A DNA stretch of 63,687 nt, counting the filler, from Pelomyxa schiedti (Eukaryota; Protista; Evosea): NCBI GenBank assembly GCA_020536535.1. It is 18 parts of 18 records of this genome, joined end to end, with 100 filler letters (N's around TTAATTAATTAA, not from the genome) between each part and the next. Parts side by side here need not be neighbours in the genome. Positions count along the whole stretch, not along the records: positions 11,069 to 13,166 come from JAHLWZ010002136.1; positions 13,267 to 14,556 come from JAHLWZ010002616.1; positions 14,657 to 15,712 come from JAHLWZ010002917.1; positions 15,813 to 28,503 come from JAHLWZ010001207.1; 14 more parts are not named here. One strand, written 5' to 3'. The translations under genes were made by a program, and so were the position numbers. Positions within the stretch are counted from its first letter, which is position 1; every line of letters starts with the position of its first letter. The notes below the pieces were generated by a model, which had not been told where the DNA came from, searched no databases, and saw nothing but the letters and a program-made list of their open reading frames with translations. Positions 11,069 through 22,905 of the stretch are shown one piece after another.

Positions 11069-12955
11069 CTTGTAACCCCACTGCTACCGTTGTCCCCAGC
11101 TCCCCCCCTCTTGGAGCCACACAAGGTCTGATATCGTCTCGTTTGCTTTTTGCTCACATCTTTTTTCCCAGCCCACGCATCGGCAGTTTTTGCGGCGGGG
11201 GTACGACTCGTGGGTTTGTTGCTATCCTATTGGAAAGCTCCCGCTACTACTGCCCAACTTCTACTCAGTGGCGGACACTTCATCACACCCATCAACCCGG
11301 TGTTCAAGTACAGTCGCCGCAACTACAACTACAACTACAACTACAACCACATAAACTTCTGTAGAGTATGCCCCACCTGGCGATCACTCTGCCAAGGTTT
11401 CTCCGGTTTAGCTCTTTTTCTACACCAAAAGCTCGACAGGTTGATAGAGTTTTTCCGAGATATGCATATCTGGTATCGTCCGTTATTGTTTCGTTACCAC
11501 TGGCTCTGCAGCTGAAGATCTGCCTTTCATCACCTCCTTATTTAGACCTATCAGTGTTGATATGAGTGAGGTAAAGATTCTGCACCTTTGTTGCTCTAAA
11601 AAAACCTTGGTTACAGGTGGATGAAAAACCAGTTCTTGTTGTTGTTGCATATAATAAAATTACTGCAGAGGGATTCAAAGAAGCTCAGAGTACAAATAAC
11701 GATGAAACTATGGCTAGAATTTCGAAAATTCCCAACTGGCCAGCAGATGTTCAAGTACATCAAGTTCCCTCGATAGACCACCCAAACTTTGAACACTGCT
11801 TGAATTGCTTTTATGTACCTCCCCGCCTTACTGGTGTTATTAATTCTTTTTGTAGAATGAAGTATGTACTTTGCAAAAAGAGGTTCACTTCAAGTTAACC
11901 CCAAGACAATGGCTTGATGTTTTTTGTGTAGTTGGCTCACTTGTATGTTCTATTTTGATCAGATTTGGGTTAAATCTTGGTTAGGTGGAAAGAGACGAGA
12001 CAGTACCCATGTGCAAAATTCTAGAATGAAGCAGTTGCATATGACCCAGAGAGTTACCCCGTGTCTGTTGGAATGATTGCTTTTTTTTTTTGAAAAACCT
12101 TCTTCCAAAACCTGCAACAAGAAGGAATTTGCCAAGGCTTTCAAGTCTGGGCGGAAACCCTTACAAGAGAACTTGCTATAGAACAAGAATTTCACGCTGC
12201 AGGACGCCCCAAGGTCAAGCAGTCGTGCTTTATTTGACATTAAATACTCTTTCCAGATGCTCGAAGTCATTCACTCTTACCTGATAAACACTGAGGAATC
12301 AGGCTCTTGCAACCAATGCTAAAAAAAAAAAGCAACATCACTCCATTCTTCATCACCCATTTGTCAAAGCCCTTTGCATCGCGATATCGACAGCAAATAC
12401 ACCACTTCTGAGAATTGGCTTCCTGATTTGAGGAGATACGCAATTATTTAAAGACAAATGAGGTATGAAAAATTGCTCTGCCATTTACCACTGACTCATA
12501 AAAAAAAAGGGAAGAAAAACAAGCCCATTATCGTGCCGGCAACTGATGGCAAGTTTATTTCCTCATGCCCCTCAATTGAAGGGTGAGACCCCAAAACAGT
12601 TATCTTCCTTGATCGATATTTTAAATGGGTCTGCATTTACCCCAGAGGTTTATTTTTCCCCATTGTATCTCTTTCAACCAACAAAGGAAATAAGGTGAAA
12701 AAGAGGATGGCCAAAGGTGTGGTTTCAGGTGCACTTACTGGAGCTCTTATTATTGCCCTCATAGGGGCTTGTATTGCTGGCACCACTCTTGGGTTTGCCC
12801 TGCCTGTGACTCTTGTAATTGGGTTGGTACCACTGCGAAAGTCTAATGACATCCCGGATCATGGATGTACCACAGCAGCAAAAGTTGCTTGCAACTGTCT
12901 TTATTCACCACAAAGCAATCTTTGCTGTTCACTACCATACAGAAGGCCCAACTGA
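11069..12955 (+). CDS. Probable multi-exon hypothetical gene: F-box-like N-terminal segment and C-terminal hydrophobic segment; structure unresolved
   Basis: NFCRVCPTWRSLCQ|DMHIW resembles the end of an F-box. There is an exon-like ORF at 11617-11815 and a hydrophobic stretch GALTGALIIALIGACIAGTTLGFALPVTLVIGL. I could not build a clean splice path. Confidence 0.35.
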
Positions 12956-13266
12956 ACTGTGGGAAAAACCCCAAACACTTTTTTTAGAGACCTCTATGCA
13001 CACGATACCAAGCGGCATAAGCCTAAAATTTCCCTCACCGGGAGCGCGTCATCAATTTTCTACGTTAGCGGAACTGGACCAAGTTTGCAGCGATGTAGAC
13101 CGAGTTGGCAAGGGGGCCAGTACCTAGTTTTGCCTGTTCCCAATATTAAAAAAAATAACAACATACNNNNNNNNNNNNNNNNNNNNNNNNNNNNNNNNNN
13201 NNNNNNNNNNTTAATTAATTAANNNNNNNNNNNNNNNNNNNNNNNNNNNNNNNNNNNNNNNNNNNN

Positions 13267-13800
13267 AAAGAACAGGGAGTCGTTGAAATGTGGGGGAGCT
13301 GTGTGCTTTGTTAACCAGTGGAACATATTGCATAATATGATGGCTGACAGCTTAGGTAGGGTTTTCCACGCCGCAAAGCTGATGCCGTCTGGTCCTGGGG
13401 CTGATTTGGATTTGCATGAAAGGATTGCTGCCTCTACATCATCAGGGGTCAACATAGGAATTGGGCCTAGTTTTTTCTTGTATTTGCTCAGAAGGGTCTT
13501 CAGGGCCTCTCCATCTGATGATATCGGACTCACCCTAAAGTCAAAGTGTTCCCACCCTCCAGTAAATGGGTCCACTTTGGGAGAAAAGCCCCACAGTGGT
13601 TACGCTTTGAGCAATTTGGAGAGCCACAGATCGGGATCACCGTGTTCCAAATCGGAAGCTCGTCGGGGTGGGTCCATTCTGGAAAGTTTAAGAAGTTATT
13701 TTGGTTTTTTGAGGTCAAACACGACGCCAGAGGACAACAGAATTCATGGCGTGTCCCAGAGAAAAGAGTGCGCTCACCGTAGTTAGTCACCACTGCACAT
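13267..13800 (-). mobile_element. Decayed non-LTR (LINE-type) retrotransposon, start of the RT region
   Basis: LTPDDVEAAILSCKSKSAPGPDGISFAAWK..ILCNMF..PPHFNDS is the classic pre-RT 'KSPGPDG' block. The same frame has in-frame TAA stops upstream, and the contig end cuts the element. Confidence 0.78.
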
Positions 13801-14151
13801 CGCAATGGTGGCTGAGCCACCTTGGGTTTCCGGTTGGATTTAATGAATTTAATAATATTGTTTTATTCTTAATAATACCAGGTAAAACCAGGTAAAAATT
13901 GAGGTTTCAATTGAGGTTGGACCGCGTAGTATTACTTTTGCGGACAAACCAATAGTGCGGTATGAGGCTGGTGGATATTGAGGAGTTTTTGCCATTACTA
14001 GACTGCGAAACTTGGATTCAGTGACCCCTTTTTCGCAGTAATCACCCCAAGTGATTACTTGTTGTTCATCACCTCAAGTTTCGAAACTTTTTTATCATAA
14101 AAAGCGAAAACCGGTTGCGGAGCTCGGAGGAGGGCAGCCGAGGAGGCACGA

Positions 14152-14532
14152 ATGGAAGCACTCAAGATCGTTGTCATTGGAGACGGAGCCGTGGGGAAAG
14201 TGTGTAATAACGTTACGTTGCACTGTTGTTCTACGCAACGCCTCCCACAATTCACATCTTTCGCGGGTTTTTAACTTTTGCTCAAGACTTGCCTGACTAT
14301 GCAGTGCACTCTGGGCTATTTCCCAGCGGCAGAGCACATCGCCCATGTACGCTTTTTTTCAGTTGAACTTGTGGTGTTTTTCGGCTACTTTTGTTGCTGA
14401 CAAGTTAAGTTTAAGGTGTTAGATACTCACAGGTTAAAAAAAAGGGGCGGGAGCGTGTTTGATTGACTGTATCAAGTGTGAATGTTATGTTTGAGAACAA
14501 GCCGTACACTTTGGGATTTTGGGACACTCCTG
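14152..14532 (+). CDS. Rho/Rac-family small GTPase, atypical; first four exons (14152-14199, 14287-14346, 14416-14432, 14477-14532), 3'-truncated
   Basis: MEALKIVVIGDGAVGK|TCLTMQCTLGYFPAAEHIAH|VLDTHS|VNVMFENKPYTLGFWDTPG aligns to the Rac pattern KCVVVGDGAVGKTCL..EYIPTVFDNYSANVMV..LGLWDTAG. Confidence 0.88.
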
Positions 14533-15472
14533 GTGTGACAACCTCCTTTTTTTTTTNNNNNNNNNNNNNNNNNNNNNNNNNNNNNNNNNNNNNNNNNNNN
14601 TTAATTAATTAANNNNNNNNNNNNNNNNNNNNNNNNNNNNNNNNNNNNNNNNNNNNACGCTCATTGAATTCGACACTGTCGCCCGTCACGTTGCAGCTGC
14701 TGCGCGCGCAGGACATTTTTCACCGAGTCCGGATTTCGCGTAATGTGATTGTCAAACAAGAATGCATTGAGGCACACTAGGCTCCCTTTTGACAATGAAA
14801 TTACACGCTGTAACTGGTGCGTTGCTGGTCATTGGATTTTGTTGGGTTAAACTTTCTGTTCCAAAAAGTGTTTCAATTTCGGGGAAGGCAGCGATGATGG
14901 GTGGTGCTTTGGTGTGTTGGAAAGGTCAGGCCCCGCCGGCACCGTGACTGGACTTGGCTGGATTACACACACTCGTTCAGGTTGCGCATTGCAATGGCGA
15001 TCCAATGGAAATGACCATCCAGCGCCACGCGAGTGGTACATACTGGTGGAACAGTTGTGGCCCGTTCAGGATTCCTTTTTCAGAGTCACAACGAGAAGCT
15101 GTGTGTCGTTGACTGTGCCATGGGCCTGGCCTTTCCATGGAGCCAATGGAAATGACTATCCTGCTGGTGGAAACTGTGAAGCGGCGATCTTCAGAATTCC
15201 AATCAATCCACACAGCGGCTCCATTGTGGGCCCATTGGAATTGTTGTTGTGGTTGTTGTCATTGTGGTTTTTCCTCGTTTCGTCCTTGTTGTTGTTTGGT
15301 TTGTTGACAGTGGCGCTACGGTGACCACTGTGCCGAATTGTGGGTCGGGGCGACGATGCTGTTGTTGGTTGTCCATTGGGCCGTTGCTACGATTGCTTTC
15401 GTTTTTAAATTGTGCTCGTCCGCACCGAAAACCACGACACCTGATGGGCTGTGATCGGTGATGGCGACGAAA

Positions 15473-15508
15473 GTTTGCGGCAACGAAGGTTTGCGGCAAC
15501 GAAGGTTT
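15473..15508. repeat. Short 16-bp tandem duplication (GTTTGCGGCAACGAAG x2)
   Basis: Directly visible in the sequence. Confidence 0.8.
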
Positions 15509-16309
15509 CTCATACGGTAATAGGAACAAGAGTCTTTTCAGAAAACTAATTCTGAGAGGAGAGAAGGAAGGAGAAGTGGCTCAGGGTGCTATGGAGAGGA
15601 CTGAATAACTTGAACGTGATGATGTGGTCACCAGATGACTCTTCTGACACGTGGATTTCTTTGTGCGATTCGCTGACCTGGAACAGATAGCCACCTTCCC
15701 CAAAAGCCTCATNNNNNNNNNNNNNNNNNNNNNNNNNNNNNNNNNNNNNNNNNNNNTTAATTAATTAANNNNNNNNNNNNNNNNNNNNNNNNNNNNNNNN
15801 NNNNNNNNNNNNTCTCGTTTATGAATGCTGATGCCATTGCAGTGCAATCACTTTGCATGGATCAGAACTGTGTAGAATTGATGAAAATCGGTCCAGAATA
15901 AGTGTATGAGTATTCAGGTACTTGCTGTCAGTGCGCCAATGATAGTTCGCCAAATGCAGGTCACTGTTGAATTGTGCAGTAATTGGTTGGAATTTGCAGC
16001 CCATTTACAGTGAATTGGTGTGACTTGCAGGTATGTAGGAATGTTGATGTTTAAATTTATTGAATGCAGGTGTTGGAACTGATGCTTGAGTTAAAGGGCT
16101 GCGCCACGATGAGGGTTTTGCTTTGATGAATGCACTAGATGATGCTTTGCAGGCTATGGAATGAACTGTGGGACGTGAAGAAGTACTCTTGCCTCAACTT
16201 TGGTGTGCATTCCAGTCACAGATCTCTCAGTGTCTAACTGTTTGTTCAGAGAAGACTTGTGAGCTTGTGGGATCTTTGGGACTTCAGTGCAATTGGACCT
16301 TGAAGTGTG

Positions 16310-17030
16310 CAGCTTGTTATTTTGCCTGGGTTGCCTAACATCGTTGCCAGAGAATGGCTGTTCTGGTGAGTGTACTCAGAATAACTTATTCCATTGTGAT
16401 AGGAAAGCAATATGTAATGCTGAGGTCCGTCACAGGGCCACACCATTGCTTCTGTGTTCCCATGATCCCAAGTCATGGGTACACACAGAGCACAAATAGA
16501 ATTCCAGGTGAGTGTTCCTCACTCAATCCACAATATATATATATTTTAGAGTGAAATTCCAGGAACAAAATAGCGCTAAATAGCATTTACAACGCAATTG
16601 AAACCTAAATGTAAATGAAATGAATAAACTAATTGTAAATTGAAGTGAAAATAAGATTCTCATGTGATGTAGCTTTGGATCCAGTGATTTCCTGAGCTTC
16701 CCATATGAGTTTCTAGCATTCCCGTGCTTAATAGAACACTTGCCAGGTATTTTATGTACAATTCTCATGATTTCCGTGCTAATGTAATTGTAGAGTGGTG
16801 CCGGAAATTACCGCTTAAGTCCCGTAAATGTACGCTTCCATGCTGGAAATGTCCGCAACAATCAGATGCCATGAAGAAGCACATTGTGGTGTCTGCAACA
16901 CCTCACAATGCTGTGGTGTATGTACAATTTACCTCCAACTACCACTGCCACAAGTTGCACCCAACAGTGCGTACCTTGTGCACCCACCCAGCCACCACCA
17001 CTGACCCGCTACAGGAGCTATGTTTACCCG
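16310..17030. repeat. Dispersed repeat, copy 1 (homologous to 40860-41790)
   Basis: 16395-17020 matches the reverse complement of about 40868-41418. Short blocks in 16315-16396 match 41446-41787 in forward orientation. Confidence 0.85.
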
Positions 17031-17360
17031 AAAGCAACTACTGACACCAGATGCTCCTTTTTTCCCTCTAAAAACAGCCAAAACACAGTCCCTTCTGCTT
17101 CTGGAGGAAAAGAGCCGCTTCTGTCATTAATTAGTTCCAATAAGAAAACTATTTTCTGTGTTTACTTTCTTTGTGTTTTCTATTGTGGCATTTCTGTTAC
17201 AACAGTGGTTGGTAAGGAATATTGGCAAGGGTTGCTTGCTTGCTTACAGTTGTGCACCACACAGAGCCTGCTGCAGGATGAGTTGTTGACTTTGCACACA
17301 CCCAAGCGTGGAAGAAGAAGAAGTGTTGGCGGAAAGTGTGGCCACGGATGCCTCTGGCCG

Positions 17361-17492
17361 GATCCCATCGCAGGGCAAAGCCCCGTGACGGAGGTCCCGT
17401 CGCTGCGTCCGCTCGCGAAGCAAGTGTCGCCTAGACGAAGTCTCACGGCTGGAGTCCCATCGCAGGGCCAGGCCCCGTGACGGAGGCCCCGT
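17361..17492 (+). repeat. Direct repeat TCCCATCGCAGGGC(AA/CA)..CCCCGTGACGGAGG, two copies about 92 bp apart
   Basis: Copies at about 17362-17400 and 17455-17492. Confidence 0.75.
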
Positions 17493-17980
17493 CGTCAGGC
17501 AACGCCTCGCGGCTCTCTCCCGCGGGAAAAGGCCGTGTTTTGCAAACGTGTGGTGTTGTTGTCGATGATTACGATGTTGTTGTTGAACTGCTGCTGAGCA
17601 CCGCGATGCCAGCCACCCCCCGCCCCGTCAGATCTCGCAGACGACACAACCACCCCCCGGCGTGCTCACCGATCCAACAAGACAACGAGTGAGATCTGTT
17701 GTTGTGTGAGGAGGAAGCAATTAAAGAGAGGCGGTTGTCGCAACAAAGGACGCAGTACGTACCGGGTATTGTCTCGCGGACCAAGATGTGTCGTTTTTTT
17801 ATTTTTTTATGATTGTTGCTTGCTTTTTTTTGTTTTTAAAGTGGTTTTTTCCCGCCAATTGGTTATTTCCCAATACTTAATTAGTAGCAATTGCCCTGAG
17901 CTTCAATTACCTGACTGGGAAGCGAAAACATCTGGCGGACTACATGAAGGACTGCACTTCTCTGGCCAATACGAGTTGTT

Positions 17981-18480
17981 TCAGGGTCTGTTTGAATACG
18001 TATAGACCCGGACAGGACTGCTGCGGGGGTCGTCTTTCGACCTTTTCCCGGAATCACAATTAACCGGGTCCGACTGTTCGGAGCTGCATGCAGACAACAA
18101 ACAACCGGACAGCAGCCTCCACCCCAGCAACTGTTGCTGCCGTATTATTATGGGACCGCACTGCCGCGACCCCCAGTGTCCCCATGCATGGCCTCTCGTC
18201 CTCCCCACCCACGGTGCCGCCACCTGTGGTGGGTCCCCGCCGCCGGTGTCGTATACTCGCAGCCGCCCCGCCCCCCACCCCACACAGCCCCCATCGTCGT
18301 CGTCTTTCGTGCAGGGCGCCACCAGCGCCGGAATGGGGCCCAACGAAACTCCCTACGCGCCCCCCCGCCCGCAGCCACTCGGGGGACCCACACAGCCGAT
18401 GCCGTGCGGTGGTTATGGGAGCCGACGCGGGGGGATCCGGCGGAGTTATATCGATACGAGATCAACGTGGGTCTTTGGTC
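17981..18480 (-). pseudogene. Degenerate relic of a family 2 (ankyrin-like) gene 5' end
   Basis: PRVGSHNHRT matches PRVGSHNRTT in the alternative frame of the 8951-10791 gene. ERRRRWGLCGVGG resembles RRRREELAVLWGLCVGG. The similarity is split across frames. Confidence 0.5.
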
Positions 18481-19342
18481 AAAGTACAAAAGTGCACCAT
18501 GGAGGGCGCAGGGTGTACACTGTGCGTAAACAAAACAAAAAAAAAAAAAGAAAAAACCCCACAATGCCAATTGGCATTTACCGAACTAATTGATTTAAAA
18601 TTGAAATACAGTTAGAGTTTTATTAATATATATATACACAGGGAGTTTAACTTACAGTCACTGGTTGCGCAACTAGGTCATTAATATTATTCTGGGCATT
18701 GACTATACTAAGAGTAATGAGGAGACGGGAGAATATCTTTTGGTGGGTGGTAGGTGTCTCAACCCTATTCTTGGAAATGAGCTGAACCCTTATCGGGTAT
18801 TTTTTTAACTCCCCCTTTTTTCTTGGGCTCACACAAGATACTAGAAAACTAGAAAGTAATTGAGTGGTGGGTGGAACTCTTGCACCTTTCGATCCAGATG
18901 GTTTGATTCCCATATGTTTTTATTTGCAAATTTTAAATTAAGCATGCACTTTATTAATGGTGGTGCTCTTCCCTTCTGGCCGGACAGGAGACCCTGCTGA
19001 GGTGTTGGGTGTGTATTTTATTTTTTGGCTCATTTTCATCTAAATAAACAAGCGATGAGGTCTTTCAGAGGAAACCCAGATTACACCATGTATCCATTTG
19101 TGGGGGCCAACTTCATTTGCTCCAGTAATACAGAAAGGAGTTGAAGAGTGTCAGAGGTATCCGTTAATACCCTCACTGTTAGCAACTCATCCCTTGCAGG
19201 ACAAGACAATATAACATGCACTGGTAATGTGCGTTACGTTCATTCTGAGATAAACTTATTCACTCCTTTTTTAAAAAAAAAGAATCACAGATGGCCAAGT
19301 GAATGATGGTGGTGCAACAAGGGGATGATGGTGTTTTGTTGT

Positions 19343-22300
19343 TCAGTTGCCACCTCGTGGATAGAACGCCGTTGAGGCCATGAACGCATGGTATGACATA
19401 CTCCGCTGCTTCCTGCGTGTTTATTGTTGTTAATAGTGTGAGCGAAACACATTGCGGGAAGCTGGGTATATACCTGTACGAGGCAAAAAGGTCTTCATTT
19501 GCACCAAGGCCCAGGTGTGAACTCCCAGTCTCGACCACTGAGCCATCCTCTTTGGTGTGGTCCGGGCTATATACATTTGTTTAGAGTGGAAAATAATGAA
19601 GGATCGGGAAAGAACGAAAGAAATGTTACTTGGAGTTGTTCCATCGAGACCTCCTGTTTTTGTGTGTTAAAATCGGAATGAATTATGAAGTTAACACGCA
19701 AAGTTACCTGTCACCATCAGTGGATCCTCTGCGGTCCTGATCCCTGGATGATGATGACCCTCCGGAACCACCAGAATTCCTGTCGCGGTCATAGGAACGC
19801 CGGTCCCGGTCCCTGTCAGGTTCCCTGTCTCGCTCGCGGTCACGGTCTCTGTCTCTATCCCTGTCTCTGTCCCTTTCCCTATCGCGGTCTTTTTCTCTGT
19901 CTCTTTCGTGACTCTTGTCCCTATCTCTGTCTCTGCTGTGGCTCCTGTCTCTGCTTCTATCCCGGCTCCTGGCTCTGCCTCTTTCGGAGTCTCTTTCTTT
20001 GTCCCTTTCTCTGCTTCTTTCGCGGTGTCCATCTCTGTCCTTATCTGCGTCCTTTTCGTCTCCTCTATCATATTCAGAAGCAGGAGCCCATCTGTCAAGG
20101 TCAGGGTCATCTCCATGTCGTCTATGAAAGCACGTGTGGGGTTAGTTATATTTGATGAGATCGTTGTTGTGTTTAACCTCTCTGAATGTTTACTTCTTCT
20201 CTTTGGGGAAGGCGATCGAGAGCTGAGTTCTGAAGTAAATAACATATATTTTGGTTAAATGGATTTCTACTTACGAAGAAGGGGATGAATGAGATCTTTT
20301 CCGAGGGTAGTTTTCAGCCTCCTCACGATTTTGCCTTGAGATGGATGAAATTTGTTAAATTCAATCGGTATCCATGAATAGCAGTGTCTCCCGTGTGTAC
20401 CTATAGAATTCTTCTACTTTGGCGACCAGAAGGGCATCCTTAGCAAGTACACCAGGAGGATCAAAAGATATGATGGGTAAGTTCATCGCATTAATTGGAG
20501 TGTAGGGTATAGGAGCTTTTCCGGCCTGAGCAAGGTCAGAAGGAGGAAACTTTAGAGGGAAAGCGTACGATTTTCAACTGAGTGACAAGCACTCCCGGAG
20601 GTAGAGGATTAGCAGGGTCAAATGAAAATTGTGCCACTGCAGATTGATCAGATAATTTTGGCTCTGGTGTGTTTGTGGGTTTTTCGGCCTGAAAGAAATT
20701 ACTGGAATTCCTGAAAGCAATCTGTTGTTACCGATATTTGTTCTGAGTCAACAGGAGTCAGGAGAGACTTTGTGGCATCCACAGAGGGATCTGCAATGGG
20801 TGCTTGGACTGTTGGCAGTATTGGAACCTCTTGGGGTGATGATGACATTGCCACATCTTGAGACGGGGCAGGTGATGGAGTTGGTTCTGACATCACATCG
20901 AGTGGCTCTTGCATTTTTTGGACGACGACTTCTGTTCCGCCGGAAACCGTGACTGTTGGAGTCTCGGTTGTAGTTGGTTGAGGTATCTGGGAAGGGGTAG
21001 CCAGCAATTTAAAAGACAGAGGCTGCTCCACGTGTTGCTGCGTGGTTACTGTTGAACCAAGGTTCTGTTGAGCAGCGGGATTTACTGCTGGGATCGTAGT
21101 TGGCGCTGCCTGAGGAAGAGACGGAGGTTCGCATGGCGGGCTTACAGCAGGCACCGAGGAAGCAGGAAGTGGCACAGGAGGAACAGGAACAGGAACAGAT
21201 GGTGGGAGGGTATCTGGCAATGAAGGGGCTGATGGGTGTGAATCTTGAGGAGTTGATGAAGGGATACAAGAGGCGGGAGGAGGAGTGATATTAAGACTGG
21301 TGACACTGGTTTCTGCGGAATTAGTTGGCAAGATGGTCTGTGCAACTGGATGTTCAGATAATCCATCATTGTGGGATTTGCTTCTCTGAAAATAGTTAGT
21401 AGCCGTTTTCCAAAGAAATGCAGGAAGAAACCCCAAAAGAGGCTGTCATTTGTTGAATGATGTCACTGGAATAAATTTTCCTTTCTTTCCAAATATTTAA
21501 AACCTGTTTGGTGGGTAGTGTGCATTGGGAGTATAACAACGTTATACAATTCGAAGTACCTTCAATACTTTTTCCTTATCTTTTTCTAATTGGCTTTCAT
21601 AAGCAGATTGCACACAAATGGCCACAGCCTCTTGTAAATCGGAAGTCGCCTGCAATTCTTTCTTGAAAATGCTAGAAGAGTGACTGAGAAGAGAGACTGG
21701 ACTCTGGAAAGCACACCAATTGTGCAGTATGTCATTAAGGAGGTACAGAATGTGCAACTTCTTTGCCGGTGTTGAGGACTCCAGTTTGGAAACAAAAATA
21801 TCGCCCACACTGTGTGCTTGAGGAAGGTGTGAAAGAACCCATCTCTTTCCATTCTGAATCAATCAGTTAGAGGCGATTTCCTTGGCAAAGAGACCGCACT
21901 TTTATAGAATCCTTCGACTCAGAGACGTTATCAATCAACTTTGAAAGCTCAGATATCTCTGCACTATTAAGAGCCTGTTGCGGTACCTAAGGAATATGAG
22001 CAAAAGAGTATAGAATTCCTTCTAACCTGCTGGGGCAACTGTGAAGCGGTATTTGTATTGGCAGGAACCGTTTGGCTTGAAGGCTGTTGACTTGGCAGTG
22101 CTTGTGTGTTCTGTTGTGGTTGTTGAATGGGCTGTTGAACTGGTTGAGGCTGAACCAGTTGCATCTGTTGTTCAGATTGGGTCTGTGGTGGAGGTGCATA
22201 CTGGTATTGTTGCTGATAGGCTTGTTGATATTGTGCTGGAGGCATTTGTGGGTATTGCTGCGGAATGAACTGTTGTTGTGGCTGCTGAATTGGCATTGCG

Positions 22301-22801
22301 GGGTATCCTTGATACTGAGGTTGTAAATAATATTGCATAAGCTGTGGTTGATTTTGTATCCAAGCAGGGTTTTGTACTACAGAAACCAAAAAAAATAAGT
22401 AAACAAGAAGGGAATTGCAAGGAAGCCAACCCCTTATTGCCGAAGCCAGTTTCCACTTATAGTAGTCGGCATGCTCTCCTCCAAACAGGAATGCATACAA
22501 TGGATTTCCTGCTCCCTTTGCACGCATCAATTCCTCAAAGTCTGGACCATTTTTCGTCACAAATCCAACCAGCACATCAATTATTTTGACTTGCTCTGGT
22601 TCTGGTTTTTTAAAAAAAGAAAACGCAGTTAAATTCGCAAGTAACCAACAACCCAGCTATCACTCCTTAAAAACACACAACAAACAACAAAATACCCCTT
22701 GGAGGTTGTGGCTGGTACTGTTGTTGTTGTTGATAGTACTGCTGTTGTGGGTTGTACTGTTGCATCCCATCATCGCCGCCTGTGCCCTCCGCTGCCCTCA
22801 T
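19343..22801 (-). CDS. CHERP: CHERP/SCAF6-like splicing factor (SURP + CID domains, Pro/Gln-rich middle, RD/RS-rich tail), multi-exon
   Basis: SURP domain: KIIDVLVGFVTKNGPDFEELMR..YAFLFGGEHADYYKWKL. CID domain: IQNGKRWVL..KKLHILYLLNDILH. An RD dipeptide region lies at 19700-20150, and the C-terminus HLGLGANEDLFASYR|KQRSMSYH matches the CHERP tail. Confidence 0.85.
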
Positions 22802-22905
22802 CACGAAAAACTGCCGCAATTCTGGGTTTTCGCTTTTTGATGGAATTCTGGGCGATGGGAGGCTCGGTTGGTGGAAAAAGAAAAAAGGCCTTTTTTGCTT
22901 TGTGT

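Noticed and set aside
14657-15712. ORF 14914-15324 and the repeated CCAATGGAAATGAC.ATCC
   Set aside because: Only two copies of a 19-bp repeat and no convincing protein in any frame.
19691-20245. Thr/Glu-rich 184-aa ORF as a separate gene
   Set aside because: It is mostly an alternative frame of the RD-rich exon of the CHERP-like gene.
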